Below, one piece after another: positions 1-12,717 of a DNA stretch of 64,000 nucleotides. Position 1 is the first letter of the stretch; each line of letters opens with the position of its first letter. Both the position numbers and the translations under genes were made by a program. The notes below the pieces were generated by a model. The model had not been told where the DNA came from. It worked only from the letters and a program-made list of their open reading frames with translations, and did no database searches. Origin of the DNA: the human T2T-CHM13v2.0 reference genome, Homo sapiens; the NCBI RefSeq assembly GCF_009914755.1, contig NC_060938.1; one strand, written 5' to 3'.

Positions 1-477
1 AATGGAATGGAATGCAGTGGAAAGGAATTAAATGGAATGGATCAGAATGGAATCCAATGGAATCAACTGGAATGGAATGGTAGGGAAGGGAATGGAATGG
101 AATGGAATAAATCCGGGTGGAGTGGAATCGAATGGAACGGAGTGGAATATAATGGAATTTATTGGAATGGAATGGAATGGAATGAAATGGAATGGAATGG
201 AATGGAACGGAATGGAATGGAAGGAAATGGATTGGATCGGAATGGAATCCAATGGAATCAACTGGAATGGAATGGAATGGGATGGAATAAATCCATGTGG
301 AGTGGAATGGAATGTAATGGAGTGGAATGGAATGGAATTTAGTGGAATGGAATGGAATGGAATGGAATGGAATGGAATGGAATGGAAAGGAAACAACCCG
401 AATGGAATTGAACGGAATGGAATGGAAAGGAATGGAATGGAATGGAATGGAATGGAATGGAATGGAATGGAATGGAA

Positions 478-1000
478 TCAACCCGAATGGGATGGCATGG
501 AATGGAATTTAATGGAATGGAATGGAATGGAATGGAATGGAATGGAATGCAATGGAATGGAATCAACCCAAGTGCAATGGATGGAATGGAATGCAATGGA
601 ATCCACCCGAGTGGAATGGAATGGAATGGAATGGACTGGAATAGAATGGAATGCAATGGAATTCAATGGAGTGGAATGGAACGGAATAGAGTGGAATTGA
701 ATAAACACCAGGGGAATGAAATGGATTGGAATGGAATGGAATCAACCCGAATGGGATGGCATGGAATGGAATTTAATGGAATGGAATGGAATGGAATGGA
801 ATGGAATGCAATGGAATGGAATCAACCCAAGTGCAATGGATGGAATGGAATGCAATGGAATCCACCCGAGTGGAATGGAATGGAATGGAATGGACTGGAA
901 TAGAATGGAATGCAATGGAATTCAATGGAGTGGAGTGGAACGGAATAGAGTGGAATTGAATAAACACCAGGGGAATGAAATGGATTGGAATGGAATGGAA
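478..1000. repeat. About 260-bp near-perfect tandem duplication inside HSat3
   Basis: The series CAACCCGAATGGGATGGCATGG...TTTAATGG...CCCAAGTGCAATGGATGG...GGACTGGAATAG...TTGAATAAACACCAGGGG occurs twice. The offset is 264 bp at the start and 259 bp at the end (one pentamer difference). Confidence 0.85.
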
Positions 1001-4000
1001 TGGAATGGAATGGAATGAAATCAACCCGAGTGGAATGGAACGGAATGGAATGGAATGGAAAGGAATGAATGGAATGGAATGGTGAGGAATCAACACGAGA
1101 GGAATGGAATGGAATGGAACGGAAAGGAATGGAAAGAAATGGAATGGAATGAACCCGAATGGAATGGAATAGATTGGAATGGAATGGAATGGAATCAACC
1201 CGAGCGGAAAGGAATGGAATGCAATGGAGTGGAATGAAATGTAATGTAATGGAATGGAATGGAATGGAATCATCACGAATGGAATGGAACGGAATGGAAT
1301 GGGATGGGATGGAATGTATTGGAATGGAAGATAATCAACACGAATGGAATGGAATGGAAAAGAATGGAATGAAATGGAATGGAATGGAATGGAATGAAAT
1401 GGAAAGGAACGGAATGGAATCAACAGGAGTGGAATAGAATGGAACGGAATGGAATCAACCCGAGTGGAATGAAATGGAATGTAATGCAATGGGATGGAGT
1501 GGAATCAACCCGAGTTGAATGGAATGGAATGGAATGGAATGGAATGGAATGGAATGGAATGGAATGGAATGCAATGAAATGGAATGGATTGGAATGGAAT
1601 CCAATGGAATCAACTGGAATGGAATGGAATGGAATGGAATGGAATGGAATGGAATGGAATGGAATGGAATGGAATGGATTAAATCCGGGTGTAGTGGAAT
1701 GGAATGGAATGGAATGGAATGGAATGGAATGGAATGGAATGGAATTTAGTGGAATGGAATGGAATGGAATGTAAAGGAATGGAATGGAATCAACCAGAAT
1801 GGAATGGAACGGAATGGAATGGAAAGGAATGGAATGGAATGGAATGGAATGGAATGGAATCAACCTGAATGGGATGGCATGAAATGGAACGGAATGCAAT
1901 GGAATGGAATGGAATGGAATGGAATCTCCCTAAGTGCAATGGAATGGAATGGAATGAAATGGAATCCACCCGAGTGGAATGGAATGGAATGGAATGGAAT
2001 GGAATGGAATGGAATGGAATGTAATGAAATGGAGTGGAATGGAATGGAATGGAGTGGAATGGAACGGAATGGAGTGGAATGGAATAAACACCAAGGGAAT
2101 GAAATGGATTGGAATGAAATGGAATGGAATGGAATGGAATGGAATGAAATCAACCCGAGTGGAATGGAACGGAATGGAATGGAATAGAAAGGAATGAATG
2201 GAATGGAATGGTGAGGAATCAACACGAGAGGAATGGAATGGAATGGAACGGAAAGGAATGGAAAGAAATGGAATGGAATGAACCCGAATGGAATGGAATG
2301 GATTGGAATGGAATGGAATGGAATCAACCCGAGCGGAAAGGAATGGAATGCAATGGAGTGGAATGAAATGGAATGGAATGGAATGGAATGGAATGGAATC
2401 ATCACGAATGGAATGGAACGGAATGCAATGGGATGGGATGGAATGTATTGGAATGGAAGTTAATCAACACGAATGGAATGGAATGGAAAAGAATGGAATG
2501 AAATGGAATGGAATGGAATGGAATGAAATGGAAAGGAACGGAATGGAATCAACAGGAGTGGAATGGAATGGAACGGAATGGAATCAACCCGAGTGGAATG
2601 AAATGGAATGTAATGCAATGGGATGTAGTGGAATCAACCCGAGTTGAATGGAATGGAATGGAATGGAATGGAATGGAATGCTATGAAATGGAATGGATTG
2701 GAATGGAATCCGATGGAATCAACTGGAATGGAATGGAATGGAATGGAATGGAATGGAATGGATTAAATCCGGGTGTAGTTTAATGGAATGGAATGGAATG
2801 GAATGGAATGGAATGGAATGGAATGGAATGGAATTTAGTGGAATGGAATGGAATGGAATGTAAAGGAATGGAATGGAATCAACCAGAATGGAATGGAACG
2901 GAATGGAATGGAAATAATGGAAAGGAATGGAATGGAATGGAATGGAATGGAATGGAATCAACCCAAATGGGATGGCATGAAATGGAACGGAATGCAATGG
3001 AATGGAATGGAATGGAATGGAATCTCCCTAAGTGCAATGGAATGGAATGGAATGCAATGGAATCCACCCGATTGGAATGGAATGGAATGGAATGGAATGG
3101 AATGGAATGGAATGGAGTGGAATGGAATGGAATGGAGTGGAATGGAACGGAATGGAGTGGATTGGAATAAACACCAAGGGAATGAAATGGATTGGAATGA
3201 AATGGAATGGAATGGAATGGAATGGAATGAAATCAACCCGAGTGGAATGGAACGGAATGGAATGGAATAGAAAGGAATGAATGGAATGGAATGGTGTGGA
3301 ATCAACACGAGAGGAATGGAATGGAATGGAATGGTACGGAACGGAATGGAAAGGAATGGAATGGAATGAACCCGAATGGAATGGAATGGATTGGAATTCA
3401 ATGGAATGGAAATAACCCGAGCGGAAAGGAATGGAATGGAATGGAGTGGAATGGAATGTAATGGAATGGAATGGCATGGAATGGAAACAACACGAATGGA
3501 ATGGAACGGAATGCAATGGGATGGGATGGAATGGAATGGAATGGAAGTTACTGAACACGAATGGAATGGAAAGGAATGGAATGGAATGGAATGGAATGGA
3601 ATGGAATGGAATGGAATGAACCCGAATAGAATAGAATGGATTGGAATGGAATGGAATGTAATCAACCCGAGTGGAAAAGAATGGAATGGAATGGAGTGGA
3701 ACGGAATGTAATGTAATGGAATGGAATGGAATGGAATCGACACGAATGGAATGAAACGGAATGGAATGGGATGGGATGGAATGGAATGGAATGGAAGTTA
3801 ATCAAGACGAATGGAATGGAAAGGAATGGAATGGAAGGGAATGGAATGGAATGGAATGGAATGGAATGGAATGAACCCGAATGGAATGGAATGGATTGTA
3901 ATGGAATGGAATGGAATCAACCCGAGCGGAAACGAATGGAATGGAATGGAGTGGAATGGAATGGAATGGAATGGAATGGAATGGAATGGAATCAAAATGA

Positions 4001-6654
4001 ATGGAATGGAATGCAATGGAATGGAATAGGATGAGATGGAATGGAATGGAATGGAAGTTAATCAACATGAATGGAATCGAATGGAATGGAATGGAATTGA
4101 ATGGAATGGAATGGAATGGAAAGGAACAGAATGGAATCAACACGAGTGGAATGGAATGGAACGTAATGGAATCAACCGGAGTGGAATGAAATGGAATGTA
4201 ATGCAATGGGATGGAGTGGAATCAACCCGACTGGAATGGAATGGAATGAAATGGAATTGATGTCAATGGAATCCAATGGAATCAACTGGAATTGAATGGA
4301 ATGGAATGGAATGGAATGGAATGGAATGGAATGGAATGGAATAAATACGGGTGGAGTGGAATGGAATGTAATGGAATGCAATGTAATGGAATTTAGTGGA
4401 ATGGAATGGAATGAAATGGATTGGATCGGAATGGAATGCAATGGAATCAACTGGAATGGAATAGAATGAAATGGAATGGAATGGAATAAATCCGGTTGGA
4501 GTGGAATGGAATGTAATGAAGTGGAATGGAATGGAATTTAGTGGAATGGAATGGAATGGAATGGAATGGAATGGAATGGAATGGAAAAAACCCGAATGGA
4601 ATGGAACGGAATGGAATGGAATGGAATCAACCCGAATGGGATGGCATGGAATGGAATTGAATGGAATGGAATGGAATGGAAAGGAATGGAATGGAATGGA
4701 ATGGAATCAACCCAAGTGCAATTGAATGGAATGGAATGCAATGCAATCCACCCGAGTGGAATGGAATGGTGTGGAATGGAATGGAATAGAATGGAATTGA
4801 ATGGAGTGGAATGGAACGGAATGAAGTGGAATGGAATAAACTCCAGGGGAATGAAATGGATTGGAGTGAAATGAAATGGAATGCAATGGAATGGAATGGA
4901 ATGAAATCAACCCGAGTGGAATGGAATGGAATGCAATGGAATGGAAAGGAATGAATGGAATGGAATGGTGTGGAATCAACACGAGAGGAATGGAATGGAA
5001 TGGAACGGAACGGAATGGAAAGGAATGGAATGGAATGAACCCGCATGGAATGGAATGGATTGGAATGGAATGGAATGGAATCAACCCGAGCGGAAAGGAA
5101 TAGAAGGATTGGAGTGGAATGGAATGGAATGGAATGGAATGGAATGGAATTGAATGGAATCAACACGAATGGAATGGAATGGAATGGAATGGAATGGGAT
5201 GGGATGGAATGGAATGGAATGGAAGTTTATCAACACGAATGGAATGTATCTGAATGGAATGGAAAGGAATGAACCCGAAAGGAATGGAATGAACCCGAAT
5301 GGAATGGAATGGATTGGAATGGAATGGAATGGAATCAACCCGAGCGGAAAGGAATGGAATGGAATGGAGTGGAATGGAATGTAATAGAATGGAATGGAAT
5401 GGAATGGAATCAACACGAATGGAATGGAACGGAATGGAATGGGATGGGATGGAATGGAATGGAATGGAATGAAGTTAATCAACACGAATGGAATGGAACG
5501 GAATGGAATTGAATGGAATGGAATGGAATGGAATGAACCCGAATGGAATGGAATGGATTGGAATGGAATGGAATGGAATCAACCCGAGCGGAAAGGAATG
5601 GAATGGAATGGAGTGGAATGGAATGTAATGGAATGGAACGGAATGGAATGGAATCAACACGAATGGAATGGAATGGAATGGAATGGAATGGGATGGGAAG
5701 GAATGGAATGGAATGGAAGTTAATCAACACGAATGGAATGGAAAGGAATGGAATGGAATGGAGTGGAATGGAATGGAATGAAATGGAAAGGAACGGAATG
5801 GAATCAACACGAGTGGAATGGAAAGGAAAGGAATGGAATCAACCCGAGTGGAACGAAATGGAATGTAATGCAATGGGATGGAGTGGAATAAACCCAAGTG
5901 GAATGGAATGGAATGGAATGGAATGGAATGGAATGAAATGGAATGGATCGGAATGGAATCCAATGCAATCAACTGGAATGGAATGGAATGGAATGGAATG
6001 GAATGGAATGGAATGGAATTGAATGAAATGGAATCAACCCGAATGGAAAGCAATGGAATGGAATGGAAAGGAATGGAATGGAATGCAATGGAATGGAATG
6101 GAATCTACCCGAAAGGGATGGCATGGAATGGAATGGAATGGAATGGAACGGAATGGAATGGAATGGAATGGAATGGAATCAACCCACGTGCAATGGAATG
6201 GAATGGAATGCAATGGAATCCCCCCGAGGGGAATTGAATGGAATGGAATGGAGTGGAATGGAATGGAGTGGAATGGAACGGAATAGAGTGGAATGGAATA
6301 AACACCAGGGGAATGAAAAGGATTGGAATGAAATGGAATGGAATGGAATGGAATGGAATGGAATGGAATGGAATCAACCCGAGTGGAATGGAACAGAATG
6401 GAATGGAATGGAAGGGAATGAATGGAATGGAATGGTGTGAAATCAACACGAGGGGAATGGAATGCAATGGAATGGAATGGAACGGAACGGAAAGGAAAGG
6501 AATGCAATAGAATGAACCCGAATGGAATGGAATGATTGGAATGGAGTGGAATGGAATCAACCCGAGCGGAAAGGAATGGAATGGAATGGAGTGGAATAGA
6601 ATGTAATGGAATGGAATGGAATGGAGTGAAATCAACACGAATGGAATGGAACGG
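1000..6654. repeat. HSat3 higher-order unit of 1.1-1.7 kb (four full copies plus a partial fifth)
   Basis: Marker GGTG(A/T)G(G/A)AATCAACACGAG at 1081, 2210, 3293, 4967 and 6434 (spacings 1129, 1083, 1674, 1467). Other markers (GGGATGGCATG, AAACACCA.GGGAATGAAA) recur in the same order. Confidence 0.82.
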
Positions 6655-9600
6655 TATTATATACTGTAAATAAAATATCAAAGTACACCAAATATATACT
6701 CTATACTGTACATAAAATACCAAAGTACACCAAACATATATTCTATACTGTACATAAAATATCAAACTACCCAAACATATATTGTATACTGTACATAACA
6801 TATCAAAGTACCCAAATTATGTATTTTATTCTGTACATAGAATATCAAAGTACACCAAATATATATTCTACAGTGTACATAAAATATCAAAGTACCCAAA
6901 CTATACATTATATACTCTACATAAAATATGAAATTACGTCAAATATATATTATATTAGGTACATAAAATAAGAAATTACATCAAATATATATTATATACT
7001 GTACATAAAATACCAAAGTACCCAAAATATATATTTTATACTGTACATGAAATATCAAAGTTCACAAACTATATATTGTGTACTGTACATAAAATATCAA
7101 ACTACCAAAACATATATTGTATACTGTACATAATATATCAAAGTACACCAAATATATATTCTGTACTGTACACAAAATATCAAAGTACCCAAACATGTAT
7201 TATATACTGTACATAAAATATCAATGTACACCAAATATATATTCTATACTGTACATAACATACCAAAGTACACCAAATATATATTTTATACTGTACATAA
7301 AATATCAAACTACCCAAACATATATTGTAGACTGTACATAATATATCAAAGTACCCAAATTATATATTATATACAGTACATAAAATACCAAAGTGCCCAA
7401 ACTATACATTATATACTGTAGGTAAAATATGAACTTACATCAAATATATATTATATTAGGTACATAAAATATGAAAGTACATCAAATATAAATAATGTAC
7501 ACAAAATACCAAAGTACCCCAAATATATATTTTAAACTGTACATGAAATATCAAAGTTCACAAACTGTATATTATATACTGTACATAAAATATCAAAGTA
7601 CTCAAGGTATATATTCTATACTGTACAAAAAATATCCAAGTACCCAAAGCATGTATTATATACGGTACATAAAATATGAAAGTACATCAAATATATATTT
7701 TATTCTGTGCATAAAATATCAAAGTACACGAAATATATATTCTATACTGTACAAAAAATATCATAGTACCCAAAGCATGTTTTATATACTGTTCATAAAA
7801 TATGAAAATACATCAAATATATACTTTATTCTGTACATAAAATATCAAAGTACACTAAATATATATTCTATACTGTACATAAAATATCAAAGTACCCAAA
7901 GCATGTATTATATACTGTAAATAAAATATCAAAGTACACAAACATTTATTGTGAACTCTAAATAAAATATCAAAGTAACCATACTATATATTATATATTC
8001 TAAATAAAAAATAAAAATACCCAAACTATAGTTTTTATACTGTACATAAAATATCAAACTACACCAAATATATATTCTGAACTGTACATAAAATATCAAA
8101 GTACCCCAACATGTATTCTATACTGTACATAAAATATCGATGTACACCAATATATATTCTAAACTGTACATAAAATACCAAAGTGCACCAAATTTATATT
8201 CTATACTGTACATAAAATATCAAACTACCCAAACATATATTGTATACTGTACATAATATATCAAAGTACCCAAATTATATATTTTATACTGTACATAAAA
8301 TATCAAAGTACCCAAACTATACATTATATACTGTACATAAAATATGAACTTTCATCAAATATATATTGTATTAGGTACATAAAATATGAAAGCACGTCAA
8401 AAATAGATTATATACTCTACATAAAATATCAAAGTACCCCAAATATATATTGTATACTCTACAAGAAATATCAAAGTACACAAACTATATATTATATACT
8501 GTAGATAAAATATCAAAGTACCCAAAGTAAATATTATATACTGTACAAAAAATATCAAAGTACCCAAAGCATGTATTATACACTGTACATAAAATACGAA
8601 AGTACATCAAATGTATATTTTCTTCTGTACATAAAATATCAAAGTACACGAAATATATATTCTATACTGTACATAAAATATCAAAGTACCCAAAGCATGT
8701 ATTATATACTGTACATAAAATATCAAAATACTCAAACATTTATTGTGAACTCTAAATAAAATATGAAAGTAACCAAACTATATATTATATATTGTACATA
8801 AAAAATCAAAGTAACCAAACTATAGATTTTATACTGTACATAAAATATCAAAGTACACCAAATATATATTCTGTATTGTATATAAAATATCAAAGTACCC
8901 AAACATGTATAATACACTGTACATAAAATATCAAATACAGGAAATATATATTCTATACTGTACATAGCACACCAAAGTACACCAAATATATATTCTATAC
9001 TGTAGATAAAATATCAAACTACCCACACATATATTGTACACTGTACATAATATATCAAAGTACCCAAATTATGTATTTTATACTATACATAAAATATCAA
9101 AGTACCCAAAATATACATTATATACTGTACATAAAATATGAACTTACATCAAATATATATTATATAAGGTACATAAAATATGAAAGTACATCAAATATAG
9201 ATGATATACTGTACATAAAATATCAAAGAACCCCAAATATATATTATATACTCTACATGAAATATCAAAGTACACAAACTATATATTATATACTGTAGAT
9301 ATATGAAAGTACAAAAAGTATATATTCTATACTGTACAAAAAATATCAAAGTACCCAAAGCATGTATTATATACTGTACAAAAAATATGAAAGTACATCA
9401 AATATGTATTCTATACTGTTCATAAAATATCAAAGTACCCAAAGCATGTATTATATACTGTACATAAAATATCAAAGTACACAAACATTTATTGTGAACT
9501 CTAAATAAAATATCAGTGTAACCAAACTATATAGTACATATTGTACATAAAAAATCAAAGTACCCAAACTATAGATTTTCTACTGCATATAAAATATCAA

Positions 9601-10250
9601 AGTACACCAAATATATACTCTATACTGTACATAAAATATCAAAGTACCCAAACATGTATTATATACTCTACATAAAATATCAAAGTACACCAATTATATA
9701 TTCTATACTGCACATAACATACCAAAGAACACCAAGTATATATTCTATAATGTACATAAAATATCAAACTACCCAATCATATATTGTATACTGTACATAA
9801 TATATCAAACTACCCAAATTATGTATTTTATACTGTACATAAAATATCAAAGTACCCAAACTTTGCCTTATATACTGTACATAAAATATGAACTTACATC
9901 AAATACATATTATATTAGGTACATAAAATATGAAAGTACATCAAATATAGATTATATACTCTACATAAAATATCAAAGTACCCCAAATATATATTATATA
10001 CTGTACATGAAATATCAAAGTACACAAACTAAATATTACATAATGTAGATAAAATATCAAAGTTCCCAAAGTAGATATTCTATACTATACAAAAAATATG
10101 AAAGTACCGAAGCCATATATTATACACTATACATAAAATATGAAAGTACATAAAATATATATTTTATTCTGTACATAAAATATCAAAGTATACGAAATAT
10201 ATATTCTATAGTGTACATAAAATATCAAAGTACCCAAACTATACATTATA
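6655..10250. repeat. Diverged edge layer of HSat1A with an 18-19-monomer (about 750-795 bp) period
   Basis: Private markers TTTATTGTGAACTCTAAATAAA (GTGAAC at 7951, 8745, 9494) and ATGAACTT (GAACT at 7431, 8346, 9140, 9890) recur at 794 and about 750 bp spacing. I did not see them in the interior of the array. Confidence 0.8.
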
Positions 10251-10452
10251 TACTGTACATAAAATATGAAATTACATCAAATATATATTATATTAGGTAC
10301 ATAAAATATGAAAGTACATCAAATATAGATTATATACTTTACATAAAATATCAAAGTACCCCAAATATATATTTTATACTGTACATGAAATATCAAGTTA
10401 TATACTGTACATAAAATATCAAAGTACCCCAAATATATATTTTATACTGTAC

Positions 10453-12717
10453 ATGAAATATCAAAGTTCACAAACTATATATTATATACTGTACATAAAA
10501 TATCAAAGTACCCAAGGTATATATTCTATACTGTACAAAAAATATCAAAGTACCCAAAACATGTATTATATACTGTACATAAAATATGAAAGTACATCAA
10601 ATATATATTTTATTCTGTACATAAAATATCAAAGTACACCAAATATATATTCTATACTGTACATAAAATATAAAAGTACCAAAACTATACATTATATACT
10701 GTACATAAAATATGAAATTACATCAAATATATATTATATTAGGTACGTAAAATATGAAAGTACATCAAATATAGATTATATACTGTACATAAAATACCAA
10801 AGTACCCCAAAGATATATTTTATACTGTACATGAAATATCAAAGTTCTCAAACTATATATTATATTCTGTACATAAAATATCAAAGTACCCAAGGTATAC
10901 ATTCTATACTGTACAAAAAATATCAAAGTACCCAAAGCATGTATTATATGCTGTACATGAAATATGAAAGTACATCAAATATATATTTTATTCTGTACAT
11001 AAAATATCAAAGTACACCAAATATATATTCTGTACTGTACATAAAATATCAAAGTACCCAAACTATACATTATATACTGTACATAAAATATGAAATTACA
11101 TCAAATATATATTATATTAGGTACATAAAATATGAAAGTACATCAAATATAGATTATATACTGTACATAAAATATCAAAGTACCCAAATATATATTATAT
11201 ACTGTACATGAAATATCAAAGTTCACAAACTACTTATTATATACTGTACATAAAATATCAAAGTACCCAAGGTATATATTCTACACTGTACAAAAAATAT
11301 CAAAGTACCCGAAGCATGTGTTATATACTGTACATAAAATATGAAAGTACATCAAATATATATTTTATTCTGTACATAAAATATAAAAGTATACGAAATA
11401 TATATTCTATAGCGTACATAAAATATCAAAGTACCCAAACGATACATTATATACTCTACATAAAATATGAAACTACATCAAATATATATTATATTAGGTA
11501 CATAAAATATGAAATTACATCAAATATAGATTATATACTGTACATAAGATACCAAAGTACCCCAAATATATATTTTATACTGTACATGAAATATCAAAGT
11601 TCTCAAACTATATATTATATTCTGTACATAAAATATCAAAGTACCCAATGTATATATTCTATATTGTACAAAAAATATCAAAGTACCCAAAGCATGTATT
11701 ATATGCTGTACATAAAATATGAAAGTACATCAAATATATATTTTATTCTGTACATAAAATATCAACGTACACCAAATATATATTCTATACTGTACATAAA
11801 ATATCAAAGTACCCAAACTATACATTATACACTGTACATAAAAGATGAAATTACGTCAAATATATATTATATTAGGTACATAAAATATGAAAGTACATCA
11901 AATATAGATTATACACTGTACATAAAATATCAAAGTACCCAAATATATATTATATACTGTACATGAAATATCAAAGTTCACAAACTATATATTATATACT
12001 GTACATAAAATATCAAAGTACCCAAGGTATATATTCTATACTGTACAAAAAATATCAAAGTAACCAAAGCATGTATTATATACTGTACATAAAATATGAA
12101 AGTACATCAAATATATATTTTATTCTGTACATAAAATATCAAAGTACACGAAATATATATTCTATAGTGTACATAAAATATCAAAGTACCCAAACTATAC
12201 ATTATATACTGTACATAAAATATGAAATTACATCAAATATATATTATATTAGGTACATAAAATATGAAAGTACATCAAATATAGATTTTATACTGTACAT
12301 AAAATATCGAAGTACCCCAAATATATATTTTATACTGCACATGAAATATCAAAGTTCACAAACTATATATTATATACTGTACATAAAATATCAAAGTACC
12401 CAAGGTATATATTCTATACTGTACAAAAAATATCAAAGTACCCAAAACATGTGTTATATGCTGTACATAAAATATGAAAGTACATCAAATATATATTTTA
12501 TTCTGTACATAAAATATCAAAGTAAACAAAATATATATTCTATACTGTACATAAAATATCAAAGTACCCAAACTATACATTATATACTGTACATAAAATA
12601 TGAAATTACATCAGATATAGATTATATTAGGTACATAAAATATGAAAGTACATCAAATATAGATTATATACTGTACATAAAATATCAAAGTACCCAAATA
12701 TATATTATATACTGTAC
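10453..12717. repeat. 755-bp dimer (378 + 377 bp) repeat, three copies
   Basis: ORF starts at 10453, 11208, 11963 and 12718 are exactly 755 bp apart. Every second unit has a monomer 9 that is 1 bp short (GTACCCAAAT instead of GTACCCCAAAT). Confidence 0.85.

Larger units (their letters stand above)
1..6654. repeat. Human Satellite 3 (HSat3 / satellite III) array, (GGAAT)n on + strand = (CATTC)n on - strand; runs off the left edge of the window
   Basis: Long runs of perfect GGAAT pentamers interrupted by ATCAACCCGA(G/A)T and ATCAACACGAAT motifs (e.g. 478, 1020, 1454, 2149, 6373). This is the classical satellite 3 signature. The ATCATCGAAT-rich pattern typical of HSat2 is essentially absent. 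Translations give the typical MEWNG / FHSIP artefact peptides. Confidence 0.96.

Noticed and set aside
5240-5300. Small irregularity GGAATGTATCTGAATGG and a 20-bp local repeat of GGAATGAACCCGAA
   Set aside because: Ordinary point mutation and slippage within HSat3, too small to imply a separate element.
1-6654. HSat2 or telomeric repeat assignment
   Set aside because: Long perfect GGAAT runs and CAACCCGA motifs fit HSat3. There are no TTAGGG arrays and no dominant ATCATCGAAT pattern.
7-6801. Dozens of ORFs on both strands (MEWNG... / FHSIP...)
   Set aside because: These are translation artefacts of the GGAAT pentamer, which gives the same peptide in all frames. There is no gene structure, and database proteins of this type are spurious predictions.
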